A stretch of DNA of 60,115 nucleotides, filler included, from Nemertoderma westbladi (Eukaryota; Animalia; Xenacoelomorpha): assembly GCA_032718475.1 (NCBI GenBank). It is 3 parts of 3 records of this genome, joined end to end, with 100 filler letters (N's around TTAATTAATTAA, not from the genome) between each part and the next. Parts side by side here need not be neighbours in the genome. Positions count along the whole stretch, not along the records: positions 1 to 13,906 come from JAUCBJ010004206.1; 2 more parts are not named here. One strand, written 5' to 3'. The position numbers and the translations under genes were made by a program. Below the pieces are notes generated by a model, which searched no databases, was not told the origin of the DNA, and saw only the letters and a list, made by a program, of their open reading frames with translations. This document shows, piece by piece, positions 1 to 11,210 of this stretch (position 1 is its first letter; each line of letters opens with the position of its first letter).

Positions 1-2
1 CC

Positions 3-596
3 CATCAGGGCCCCGTCCGGACGCTATTATTCGTCCCGAACCAACCGACTCTCATCTCCTCTTCCGACGACAACTCGATAAAGGTTTGGATTCTCGAGGA
101 TTCCGAATGCCCGGCGCGTCGGCTGTCATTCCGGTCCGGGCACCGGGCGCCGCCCACCCACATCCGGTTCCACGAAGGCTCCCTCCTCAGTGCGGGCGCC
201 GACGCCACGCTGCGGGTATTCTCGTTGCGACATCCTCGGTTGGATCGGAACCTCGGCGTCGCCAACCGGAAGCGAACCGGCGGTAAACTGCCGCGGATAG
301 CGGGGTTCGCTTCTGAACCGGTCCGGCAGTCCGTCTGGGACTCGGTGGTTGCGAACCACGTCGGTTCCGGGGTCGTCACCACCTGGAACCTCGTTAAGGG
401 TTCCCTCGGGGCCCACGTGTTCCAGAGCACCGTCGGTGCCTGCACCGCTGTCGCACTCACCGGTTGCGGTAACTTCTGTCTGCTCGGGTACGCGTCCGGG
501 TTGGTTGTCCGGATTAATCTCCAGTCCGGGATCCGACGCGCCGAGTATCCGGACACCACGGAGGTCCGAGGTCTGGCCGTAGACGCCCTCAACCAG
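3..596 (+). CDS. WDR36: WD repeat protein 36 / UTP21 (SSU processome), internal exon, open at window start
   Basis: Frame from nt 3 reads HQGPVRTLLFVPNQPTLISSSDDNSIKVW...SGHRAPPTHIRFH...LLSAGADATLRVFS...TAVALTGCGNFCLLGYASGLVVRINLQSGIRR...VRGLAVDALNQ, matching WDR36 WD repeats. GT donor at 597, phase 0. Confidence 0.9.
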
Positions 597-1270
597 GTCG
601 AGTTATTATTTAAGTGTTCGGCGGTACCGGTAGCTGGTAGAGTTTGGTGGTAATTAGTATCTGTTAGGTAGTTTTACTTGTGTTACTTTTTAAACAATGA
701 AATAAAGATTCTTAGTGAATCACTTATTTGGGGTGAATCTGAATTCTGTAGATTCTCGGAGACTGAAATAGATTTCTTAGCCGAAATCTGAATTTCAGTT
801 GCCGAAATTTACATATTTTTTGAAACGAACCAGCAGGTCAATGAGATACGTGTTTTTGTAGACGAGGCGAATACACATCGACCTTGCGATAAATATCGTC
901 CGTCGTAGCTTCTTGGTGTTCACAATCAATGAAACTGTTCTTTGTGAACATTTCTTGTCAAACTTATCAACAAAATCTTCGAATTACATTTCAAAGTAAT
1001 TCCCATTAGGCCTACATTAATAATATTAATATTGCATTAAAATAAAGCGTAGCGCTGATGTTATCCACAGGATAGGCCTATTTAATATTCTAGAATATTA
1101 TCGTAATTAATATGGCCACCATTTACCTACTGGTTCACTTTCGCTTTAGTTATTTCACAATGGAAGAAACTTTGATGGAAAATATTCGCGCTTTATTTTA
1201 CGTCACTTGCAACAAATAAAACGACGTGGCAAAATTAAATAGTTATTATGGCGTTTAATATCTCTTATTC

Positions 1271-2866
1271 TAGGGATGTCCCGGAATTCTGTTCCGGCGG
1301 TTTTTGCCCGATTCCGGTTCCGGCCGTAATTGCCGGAATGGGGTCAATTCCGGCCGGAATTTTACCGGAATTACCAGGTTCCTAACTAGTTTGATAGTTG
1401 CACATTTTGCACGTTGACACGCAGTGCTTTACAGTTGCACGTTGATATGTAACATATTTCCAAAAACATTTCACCTGGTAATCAAACTAAAATGGTCCCA
1501 CCATATGTTACACCACCTATTCTAGTATTCATATACAATTCACAATAACCATCGTAATTTACATTAACTAATGAAATGCATCAATACGCCCGTGTCCCAC
1601 TGGTCAGAATGTCAAAATGAATGCCTCCTTGCTCCATTGGTAACACAAGTCATAAGTCATTTGATAAAAAATATAAGATGCGTCTCACATTTACTGCATA
1701 TTTATACCCAAAGTAACCAATCACAGGCATCTTGCCGGATATAACACATGAGTTATGTGGTAAAAGATGGAACATGGGACATAATCACTTTCGACTCATA
1801 GGTCGTAACTTACGATTTACCAGTGGAGACGCTCCCATTGAAACCAATGTGTTCCATAATTTATTCTGACTAAGACTATACATAAGACTTAGCAGTGGAG
1901 CACGGGCCTTAGGGTTTTTCCAATAGTAGTTTTCCCAACTTGCTTATTACATTTTGCTTATAAAAAAAATGGCGTTTTTAGATTGATCTTACACTAATTT
2001 TACATTGATTTTATATTATTTTACTTTGAATTAATTATTGAATAATATGATAATATTATGATTGGTATTATCTCGTCCAACGTAACATTAGGATGACCAC
2101 TAAAGCTTTGCAGCTTATTTCCATTGGGGTCCATTATGTTACTTGGTTACAAATACAATATTACACAATTACAAATACTACTTACTCTAACCTAAAACTA
2201 ATATAAACGTTATTACAATACGTACAGGTTCTGCGAGTGGTCGTTAGTTCAGTCCTGCGTCGTAGGTGCTGCATAATATAGTAGTTTAATTTCTATTTAC
2301 AGCAAAGCTATTTCCTGCCATAAATCTATTTATTCCCAGCAATAATTAAACTGTAACATGTGATTTATTGTGTTGGTTCGAATAACATGTCTCTGTAACA
2401 TGCTCCTTTCCCTTAAAGACACCAGGATATTGCACCAAAGGACCTAATGACGCGAAACCTCATTAGGTTTTTGGTTAACGTAGGTTTTTAGGTATGAGTC
2501 TAAATGCTAAAAACCTAACTTTTGGCCAAAGTTATAGATTTTAGAAACAAATTATATTGAATTCCCTGTCGTTCAATGCCGAAGTACCATCACGTCCCCA
2601 TAAACGGCCATAACGGCCCAGGCCATTCTCCACTCCACCCACCTTAATTCCCCCCAAGGTTCTGATTCATCTCATTATCAAACTTAGCTGTAGAAATTAA
2701 TAAAATCCATTTGGTTTACAAAAAATTATAAAGTTTCATGGGTCATTTAGTGTATTTCACTAATTATAGAAAATTCCGGTTCCCTCCAGAATTCCGGCCG
2801 GAATATTCCGGCATGTTGAATTCCGGTTCCGACCGGAATCAAAATATCGATTCCGGGACATCCCTA
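1271..2866. mobile_element. Non-autonomous hAT-type DNA transposon in the WDR36 intron
   Basis: 17-bp TIRs TAGGGATGTCCCGGAAT (1271-1287) and ATTCCGGGACATCCCTA (2850-2866). Perfect 8-bp TSD TCTTATTC (1263-1270, 2867-2874). Subterminal clusters of ATTCCGG/CCGGAAT motifs. Confidence 0.9.
2070..2226 (-). mobile_element. 3' UTR fragment of the CR1/L2-group LINE, nested in the hAT element
   Basis: Closely similar to 18540-18685 (taaagctttgcagctta...ggggtcc...ttacttggttacaaatacaatattacac), which lies downstream of the LINE ORF2. Confidence 0.7.
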
Positions 2867-3011
2867 TCTTATTCACGTAAAAATATTACTAGAGTTTACT
2901 AAATGCAAACCAGATGTGTAAATCATTGTGTTCTGGGTGTTTGTTTGTTCGAATGTTTGGCAACCAAGGCAACTACAACGAATAATCAATCAATATGTGT
3001 ATTTTTTTCAG

Positions 3012-4205
3012 GTTGTAATAACAGCGAATATCAAAGGCGACCTAAAGCTGTGGCGATATAAACGGTGTAGCGTTATAACGGAGACGAACGTAGGAGTTTC
3101 TGTGCGAGCGATAGAACTACATCGGGACTCGAACATGTTGGCGGTCTCCCTGAACGACGACTCGGTGCTAATCGTCGACGTCGATATATTCCGGGTCGTC
3201 CGGAGATTCCGGGGACCCGCCAATCGGATCACAGACATGGCCTTCTCCGACGACGCCCGTTGGCTCGTCGTAGCCGCCGCAGACTGCTCCGTATGGACGT
3301 TCCATCTCCCCACAGGTCGACCAATAGACGCCTTCCTCGTCGACTCACCCGTCACCTCATTGGCTATTTCCCCTAGCAACCACGTGTTAGCGACCACTCA
3401 CGTCGACCAACTGGGTATCTCCGTGTGGATCAACCGAGCGGTGTTTACCCGGGTGTCTATTACGCCTCTAGCGGACGGGTTCGTCCCGGAGGCCGTGATG
3501 GAGGCCCCATCCACCGCCGGTGTCCCCCGCGATCTCGTTCCACACGAGTCCATGGAGGTAGACCACGAAGAGTACTCGAGTCCGGGTCAGCTGTCTGGGA
3601 ACCTCGTTACTTTGTCGCTCCTCCCCCAGTCTCGATGGAAGACCGTCGTTAATATCGACCTCATCCGCAAGCGAAACCGACCGAAACAACCGCCACAACG
3701 TAAAGAGGCGCCATTCTTCCTGCCGACGGTCCCCGGGATAGAAACCGCTTTCGATACGTCGAGTAAACCCCAAGCGACCAACGACCAACCCCCAATGTTA
3801 TCCTCATTATTCGATGATAAATCTCCACTGGTCAACCTCCTCTCCAATGGTGATGTCTCTGAAACATGGGAAGTGATTTTAGCCTTCATGAAGGAATTAA
3901 ATCCGTCAGCAATTGATCTACAGATCAGATCTCTCGATCCTGATCTTGATGGATCTTCGTGCGATTTATGTAACTTCGTACGGTTTCTCAACCTGTGTTT
4001 ATCGAGCCGCCAATGTTTCGAGTTAGTTCAAGCGTTCTTGTCACTTTTCCTCAAACATCACGGTTGTAGAATAATTAGTTCTGGTGAATTAAGTTTATTA
4101 GTTGCTGAACTTAATGAAACTCAGCGTTCAGTTTGGTTGTCCCTACAGCAGACATGTCTACAAAGTTTAAGTATAACCAACTATATTAAAAGTGCCTTAA
4201 TATAA
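3012..4205 (+). CDS. WDR36: WDR36/UTP21 terminal exon (WD repeats plus Utp21 C-terminal domain)
   Basis: Acceptor ttttttcag at 3003-3011, phase 0, continues NQ|VVITANIKGDLKLW. Motifs RITDMAFSDDARWLV, LATTHVDQLGISVWIN, LVTLSLLPQSRWKTVVNIDLIRKRNRPKQPP, APFFLPTVPG, FELVQAFLSLFLKHHG. Stop TAA at 4203-4205. Confidence 0.93.
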   Translation, partial: VVITANIKGDLKLWRYKRCSVITETNVGVSVRAIELHRDSNMLAVSLNDDSVLIVDVDIFRVVRRFRGPANRITDMAFSDDARWLVVAAADCSVWTFHLPTGRPIDAFLVDSPVTSLAISPSNHVLATTHVDQLGISVWINRAVFTRVSITPLADGFVPEAVMEAPSTAGVPRDLVPHESMEVDHEEYSSPGQLSGNLVTLSLLPQSRWKTVVNIDLIRKRNRPKQPPQRKEAPFFLPTVPGIETAFDTSSKPQATNDQPPMLSSLFDDKSPLVNLLSNGDVSETWEVILAFMKELNPSAIDLQIRSLDPDLDGSSCDLCNFVRFLNLCLSSRQCFELVQAFLSLFLKHHGCRIISSGELSLLVAELNETQRSVWLSLQQTCLQSLSITNYIKSALI

Positions 4206-4240
4206 ATGTTATATGGGTTATGTTATTTTTAGATATTTGC

Positions 4241-4246
4241 AATAAA
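4241..4246 (+). promoter_or_regulatory. Probable polyadenylation signal of WDR36
   Basis: AATAAA 35 nt after the stop codon, followed by T-rich sequence. Confidence 0.6.
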
Positions 4247-5017
4247 GATTGAAAAGTGCATTTTAATTTTGGTTGAATTTAATTACCGGTATAATTACAT
4301 TCCCAGCGACAACATGTCATGTTTCGTTCCCCAAAACTGATCACTTGCTTATAGATTTAGAACGGCCAATTTTTGGGCGTCGAAATTAGGAATAACATAA
4401 GGAATTGTTGTACCACTCGTAATTTGCCTGCTCTGCGTCAGAGAGAAACTATTTGAACGGTAAGCGAGATAATTTTGAGAATTCTGCAAATATTTATTTA
4501 TTATTACTCTGGAGTCCCGAATAGACGGGCGACACGGTTGTTAATTTTTGAAAAAAAATCCACCCACAATTATCTTATTCCTCTCTTATTCTCTAATATT
4601 TTTTTCTACAAAATTTAGTACATTTATTATTATGAGTAAATAAACGTTTGTTCTCATAATAATTGAGAGTTGAAAGTGAAAGAAAACAAAATCATGTACC
4701 GAGTATACCACCGGTAGCCGTAGGTACTACTGTACCTGTACCCCTATACAGTACTGTATGTTAAGTAAGTATGTTAAATTTTCTACCCACCACGTCTATT
4801 CCAGCCACCCCGACTAATTAGCATAATGACATTTTTCTACCCACCCAGTTTAAATCATACGATATCAGCGACGAGCGTTATACTGCGCACACGACACTCG
4901 TGGACGATGTCCACCCAGACCCCCCTGCTAGACTTAGAGAGGACAACGAAGTAGTTGGCTGATATCGAAATAAAGAGATACCAGAATGTTGCCACGTGTC
5001 TAGTTCATGTACAGTTG

Positions 5018-5077
5018 ATCCGATTAGCTGCTGCAACAAGAGTGATCAACTACTCTTGTTGCAGCAGCTAATCGGAT
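5018..5077. repeat. Perfect 26-bp hairpin with 8-nt loop
   Basis: ATCCGATTAGCTGCTGCAACAAGAGT (5018-5043) and its exact reverse complement (5052-5077). Confidence 0.9.
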
Positions 5078-5456
5078 ACCTTGAATCAGCAGGGGGACAC
5101 TCGGATTTACCAGTGGACCACGCAGTGTCTCAGTGGTAATAGTATGGACATATGTGTTACACCATGTTATCACATTGTTACACCCTTCGCAACATCCTGG
5201 CATTAGGTTAAGTTTATACAGTCAGAAGCGTACTACTCTTAACTAGAATTAATCTTTAAAGTAAATATACGAAATATTGACGGCTACGGTTATCTAAATC
5301 GATATTATTAAGACAATGATATATAATATAATTGCTGCAAAGTGAAACTAACGTAATATGCAATATTAGGATTGCGTATTAAACTATAAAAAACACAAGT
5401 TCAATATTATAATTTATTACGTTGACTTGGGTTTCAGCTTCTTCACCAAATTGGGA

Positions 5457-7739
5457 CTATTTTAGCGGCATCGGATTCAACTTCGACGGAGTCCGGTTGC
5501 AGGATACGTTTGAGGTTTTCCGCTTGTAATCTTCTTTGATGAGAGATTTTTGATGCAAGTTGTCATTTTGCTTAAGCAATTCTCTTTGCCGATCAACCGC
5601 AGGAGGTTTAAAATATGCCTTGGTATCGACGTTGTTGGAATGCGGTGCGGATTTAAACATCATTAATTTATTGTAGCAAACTTCCGGCAACTGCCACTCA
5701 TCATCCCCACCTTGACTCGATTTTTCATACTTTGAACTTTCCTTTACTATATTCGTGTGGGCATAGTTGCAAGTTGAATCTTTTACAAAATAGCTCTGCA
5801 TCTTAGACACCATTTTTTCGTAAAATTCCATTTGGCATCCAAGTTCGCGAATCGTACTTAAATGTGTGTCTCTTTCTTTTTGGAACTCCTGAGAAAGATC
5901 CTTCATCTCTCTTTTAGCATCTTGCAGCATTTCCCCAAGAGTTACTATCCTCTTTTCCTTCTCCTTGCGTTCATTCCTCTCATCTGTGTACATCGACACC
6001 ACAGTCATAAGGTCCTGTCGCTCTCTCAGTTTATTCGCTTTATCACGGGCATGCTTTGATTTTGCGTCGTGTTTTCGTTGTTTTTCTTTCACTGCCGCTT
6101 GACTATCTCCTGTGCCGTGTTCTAACTGTTTGCTTAAGTATTTTAATCTCTGTGTTGCTGCATTACTGGTTATTAATGTTGGGTGCATGGCCTCATCTCC
6201 TTCGTTATAGAGAGCATTCGTTGTAACTGTGAGACTTTCCTGCGAACCCTTTAACAAATTTTTTTCATTTTCTATAAATTGTTGTTTCTTTTGCAGTATT
6301 AAGCTTTGTTTTTTACTCAATCCAATTTCAGTCTCTTTCAATTTTATCTGTTTATTATACTTCACTTCCAATTTATTAAAATCTTTTTGGTATTTCGTTT
6401 CAAGTTCATCGATTTTTTCTTTAAGTTTACTTGATGTATTCTTTTCCGCATTGAATTTATTTTTTAACTTTTCAACCTCTTCATTGTACTCATTTTTCAT
6501 CTTTTCTTTTTCTTTTTTCATTTCCTCCACTTTCTCCTTTTCAATCTTGCCTTCGTCTTCTGCTCTCTGTTGTAGTGCATTGAGATCTGTATCGTGAGGG
6601 GATTGCCCCTTGTTTGATAGCATCATTTTTAATCGCTCAATCTCTTCTTGCATTTGTCTCATTATTGTGTCTTTGGGGTCCTCATTGATTTTAGGTTTGT
6701 TTTTTATTTGTTTAGCTCTATCTGCATATCTTAAAGTACTTAGGGTTTCTTCATAACTATCTGATGAAGGAGATATACAAGCTATCATTAAGGTCTTGGT
6801 ATTACCACCAAGGGAATCTTGCAACAATCGAGTCAGTTTGGAATCTCTGTAAGGAATGTGACCGCCTTTCTTTCTACCATCAACAAGAGCGTTTATTACA
6901 TTACCAAGAGCAGACAAAGACAAGTTGATTTTGGCTCCCTCTCTCAGCCTTTCACCAGTAGCTCCTGTCTTTCCTTGACGTTCTGATCCAGCCAAATCTA
7001 CGAGGTTGAGCTTTCCAACTTTGACATGTTTCCCACCTTTATCATCAGTTACTTCGGTTTCTACATATATTGTAAATATAGAATGAGATCTAGATGATTG
7101 CGCGTTCATTTGTGTAGATCCTGTTGCGCGGACACTCACGCCCTTCTCCATTAGCTCCATGCATTGTTGTACTTCGGTACATGGCGACATCGTGAGATCT
7201 TTCACGTACACCCCTTTCGATGGATGCTCACTCAAACTCCTGACTGGTTTATTTGTAGCCAAAAGATCTCGGATTTCTTCGTTGTAAATTTCTAAATAAG
7301 ATGAGTAAATTAAGAACTTGCTGCATTTCGTCAGATGCGGAGATTCGAAAATATCAGCAAACGATCTTGGTATGAAGCCGTGATTAGTCGGTGGGTCAGG
7401 TATGCCCTGCATCGTATATGATTTACCGCAACCGGTTTGGCCATAAGCAAACACAGTTGCGTTATAACCTTCAGGAACACTTGCTACACTAATGTAACCT
7501 ACATCGTCATATAATTCTGAAGTTGTTGACTTTGTTCCGTAACTTCCATCATACGTGAAATCTTTGGCTGATTTCTCTTCCTTATTTTTGATCCCACATG
7601 TTCCTTTATCTGTGTCTGTCTCAATGATAACTTCTGTACCCTTGGTGTTCTTCTCTTTTTCGTTCATTGGTCGACATCTAACGATCACTTTAATGGATTC
7701 TCCATCTTTAGAACTTGTACTTGAAGTTCCGGGTGCCAT
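5457..7739 (-). CDS. KIF17: Kinesin-2 family motor, KIF17/OSM-3-like, single uninterrupted ORF (760 aa)
   Basis: N-terminal motor IKVIVRCRPMN, P-loop GQTGCGKS, switch I NAQSSRSH, switch II DLAGSER, HIPYRDSKLTRLLQDSLGGN, neck NKPKINEDPKD, coiled coil. KIF17-type tail DLSQEFQKER..LSTIR...CNY...W.LP. AATAAA on the minus strand at 5413-5418. Confidence 0.85.
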   Translation of the reverse strand: MAPGTSSTSSKDGESIKVIVRCRPMNEKEKNTKGTEVIIETDTDKGTCGIKNKEEKSAKDFTYDGSYGTKSTTSELYDDVGYISVASVPEGYNATVFAYGQTGCGKSYTMQGIPDPPTNHGFIPRSFADIFESPHLTKCSKFLIYSSYLEIYNEEIRDLLATNKPVRSLSEHPSKGVYVKDLTMSPCTEVQQCMELMEKGVSVRATGSTQMNAQSSRSHSIFTIYVETEVTDDKGGKHVKVGKLNLVDLAGSERQGKTGATGERLREGAKINLSLSALGNVINALVDGRKKGGHIPYRDSKLTRLLQDSLGGNTKTLMIACISPSSDSYEETLSTLRYADRAKQIKNKPKINEDPKDTIMRQMQEEIERLKMMLSNKGQSPHDTDLNALQQRAEDEGKIEKEKVEEMKKEKEKMKNEYNEEVEKLKNKFNAEKNTSSKLKEKIDELETKYQKDFNKLEVKYNKQIKLKETEIGLSKKQSLILQKKQQFIENEKNLLKGSQESLTVTTNALYNEGDEAMHPTLITSNAATQRLKYLSKQLEHGTGDSQAAVKEKQRKHDAKSKHARDKANKLRERQDLMTVVSMYTDERNERKEKEKRIVTLGEMLQDAKREMKDLSQEFQKERDTHLSTIRELGCQMEFYEKMVSKMQSYFVKDSTCNYAHTNIVKESSKYEKSSQGGDDEWQLPEVCYNKLMMFKSAPHSNNVDTKAYFKPPAVDRQRELLKQNDNLHQKSLIKEDYKRKTSNVSCNRTPSKLNPMPLK

Positions 7740-7839
7740 TGTTCTTTTAGTCAGTTAGTATGATGTACATCTGGGGTACATATGAATACTGCCCGTGTAC
7801 ACGCCCGGCTATTAGTTGCCAAGAAGCACTGGAAATGAT

Positions 7840-8100
7840 TACTTCGCCCTGTCGACACCCCCTGTCATTTTTTTAACCATTGCCGGTAATTTTTTTGTGA
7901 TTTTGAGTGTTTTTTTGATAATGGTGAATATTCTTGAACCATAGTAGATATTATTTCATGGTAGCTAGTGTTTGTTTTTTTACTAGCTTGTATTTTTTAC
8001 TTGCTATAATATTAAAATTATACTTTTTTGTTATCATAATTAGTTATGGTAGCTAGTATTTTTATGGAGCTAGTGAATTACTTACTACTAGTAATAGTAT
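7840..8100. mobile_element. Fragment of an AT-rich dispersed repeat (MITE-like), also at 57315-57660
   Basis: Shared ACTTCGCCCTGTCGACACCCC start and tagctagt-rich body with the 57.3-kb copy. Confidence 0.55.
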
Positions 8101-9419
8101 ATATTTAAAATGTTTAAAACTGTTTTTTTTATAATGTTGCTTATGTATAGGTGTTGTTGGTTTGGTAACAATCCTCTATGGTTGCTGGGTTACCTAGCCT
8201 AAATTATTACCCTAAAATAATATCTGGGTCTCATTCAGGTACACTTTGCTGAATTTAAATTTAGAAAACTGTACCGCCACACGATGTTCCGTTCAGCTTA
8301 AACTGTTATAATATCATCAATATTTTTGGTCATTAATAAATGCTGCAACAGTTCTAACCTGAAATATCAATGTTTTCACAAATTTTTTTTATAATTTCAT
8401 AAAAATATCACAGGGTCAAAATCACAAATCACAATGGTCAACATAAAATACGCACTAGCAACTCCACTATAACCATGGCAATGTATATATAATTTTGTAG
8501 CTCTTTGTGGTGGTCATCTACTGGTATAAAAATTAAAAGTATATACCATTACTGTGAAAAATGGAACGTCTTCAAACGTGATATTTTCACGTTTTCTAAA
8601 ATGTCAAGGTCTATCTTGATTCACATTCAGTCTAGTATAATCCATAAGAATCGGCAGACCCATAACAAACTATATATCTCCAGAAAGCAGAGATCCTGGC
8701 GGATCTAATGAGATAGGAGATGTACTGGTTCTTCTAACCACTACGCTGCTATGTTAATTTGAAAATAGATTTAAAAATGAACCGAGATTTCGTCCACCCT
8801 GTAACGTTGTTTATTGCCGACCTTTACTATAACAAGGCGACCGTAAAGTAAGTATAATACTTTCAATTTATTTTTGATTTCACTAAAAAATTTTATTTGA
8901 AAGGAAAACACCACTCTGGGGCCAAGCTATGGCCTTTGGTACATGGTAACTCCAGTCCGTTCATTCTTGAACGTCCATCCTGTAACGCTATTTGAAGTTC
9001 AATAACTTTATATGTATTGATCGTAGCGTCACAAAGTAAACATTATTAGATCTCGTTGTGCGCTTTCAAATAGTGTACGGCAATACGTGTTTTGCAGTTC
9101 TACTAACAAATTCCACCTAGTAACAAATGAATGTCCAAAACCTGTAACGCGTCCGCGTTACAAGGTGCGCTACAGGGTCCAGTCTGTAATGCAATTTTTC
9201 TTTAAAATCCGTTGTTACAATGCTGGACATCCATGCCTGTAACGTGTTTATTTGCAGATTACATACGTATATACATAGGTCGGTAAGTACACTCAGTACT
9301 GCACCATTACTGGCATTCAATACCTGCCCGGAAGCGGTACATACACGATCAGATCATAATCTACTTTCATTTTAGTAATTCCTAACCTGTACAACCTGTA
9401 CCTATACAAGGAAAATATA

Positions 9420-9711
9420 TGAGAAGACACTACCTATAGAAACAGGGAATTCACACCTGCCGAACTCCAGAGAAGCATTAAAAGCATGTCCAATAATAAA
9501 GCGAGTGGATGAGATGAAATCCCAGCGGAGGTATGGAAAACAGGAGTGCTAAACAGACCATTATTGAATGTTTGCAACCGGATGTTAAAAGGGGAAAAGC
9601 CACCACCAATTTGGACTAAAGGTCAACTAAAGCCTCTCCCCAAGAAAGGAGACCTCGGTATACCAACAAACTATCGTGGGATCTGTCTACTTGTGGTAGC
9701 TGCCAAAATAT
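9420..9711 (+). mobile_element. RTE-clade LINE reverse transcriptase fragment (degenerate)
   Basis: Reads IKSMSNNKASG*DEIPAEVWKTGVLNRPLLNVCN...WTKGQLKPLPKKGDLGIPTNYRGICLLVVAAKIY; cut off by the foldback element. Confidence 0.8.
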
Positions 9712-10785
9712 ACTGTGGAGGCTGTATGCTTATAAGGCTGAATGTTTACTCATCCTCATAATGATTCTCCATAAGGCTAACATTATTGTTTGAAATATAA
9801 AAATCTGTTATAATAATAATATACACCATGTCCCGTAATATAGTGTCATTTTCCGATGACACGGACCCCCCCAAATTTTTCTACAAATCTTTATCATATT
9901 GCTTACAACTAGTTCAACTCACCGTGGTTGTTACCATGAAGCCCGAATTTTCGATTTTGCCTTTAATATAAGTGTTTTAAAAAAGTGTCTTTTGCGAAAT
10001 CGCATCCTCATTGCCATTCTTCACTTTAGTCGTCGTTACTTCAATAAAAAGCTTGCGTTGAAAGGATTCCAAAAATGTAGCAATATCTGAATTTCATTGA
10101 GAAGCAGCTGAGAAATAGGCGTTCAAAGATTGCAAGAATTATTGTTCGCTGCAAGCCATTTATTCTATTTAATAAATACACAAAATTCTAGAATGTGTTA
10201 TTTATTTTATGAGTTGGTAGGCAACAGCGGTATGCCTATACAATATCTATATTGCCTAGCTAATCATACATAAACAAATTGTTCCAGAATATTGTGTATT
10301 TATTAAATAGAATAAATGGCCTGCAGTGAACAATAGTTCTTGCAATCTTTGAATGCCTATTTCTCAGCTGTTTCTCAACGAAATTCAGACATTGTTACAT
10401 ATTTGGAATCCTTGCAACGCAAGCTTTTTATTGAAGTAACGACGACTAAAGTGAAGAATGGCAATGAGGATGCGATTTCGCAAAAGACACTTTTTTAAAA
10501 CACTTATAAAAAAATTTAAAGGCAAAATCGAAAATTCCGGCTTCATGGTAACAACCACGGTGAGTTGAACTAGTTGTGTTTCAAATTTCAAGCAATATGA
10601 TAAGATTTGTAGAAAAATCTGGGGGGGGGGATCCGTGTCATCAGAAAATGACACTATATTACGGGACATGGTGTATATTATTATTATAACAGATTTTTAT
10701 ATTTCAAACAATAATGTTAGCCTTATGGAGAATCATTATGAGGATGAGTAAACATTCAGCCTTATAAGCATACAGCCTCCACAGT
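9712..10785. mobile_element. Foldback/MITE-like element with ~490-bp inverted arms
   Basis: ACTGTGGAGGCTGTATGCTTATAAGG... at 9712 is the reverse complement of ...CCTTATAAGCATACAGCCTCCACAGT ending at 10785. The arms give mirror ORFs (9899+ and 10385-). Short central spacer at ~10200-10285. Confidence 0.85.
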
Positions 10786-11029
10786 TTTAATGTTGGCACA
10801 AAGATTTCAAAATAAAACAATAATTAGATGAGAGCACAGTGAAATCAATAGTAGCCAACATATTGTATAACTAACAGTCATTTAGCTTGCAAATTAATTA
10901 ACATTAATTTGTACTTCTTTGTTAGTTGGCCCTTCCTTACAATTTTCATGAGTGCCAGGTGATGTTTTTTTTATCATTGCGCCTATGGCAATTTTCGTGT
11001 TTTGGAGCTATTTTTCGAAATAAAACAAG

Positions 11030-11210
11030 TTTTAAAACGCTTATAAATAAAGGCGAAATCGAAAATTCCGGCTTCATGGTAACAACCACGGTGAGTTGAA
11101 CTAGTTGTGTTTCAAATTTCAAGCAATATGATAAAGATTTGTAGAAAAATTTGAGGGGGGGGGGTCCGTGTCATCAGAAAATGACACTATAATACGGGAC
11201 ATGGTGTATA
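11030..11210. mobile_element. Partial third arm of the foldback element
   Basis: Near-identical to 10490-10677 (aaatcgaaaattccggcttcatggtaacaaccacgg...acgggacatggtgtata). Confidence 0.8.

Noticed and set aside
5-592. Alternative and antisense ORFs over the WDR36 exons (also 3008-3991)
   Set aside because: Shadow ORFs caused by GC-rich, stop-poor coding sequence; the WDR36 frame explains the region.
2928-3011. N-terminal extension MFWVFVCSN... of the 425-aa ORF
   Set aside because: Intronic; WDR36 homology starts after the acceptor at 3011 and joins exon 3-596 in phase.
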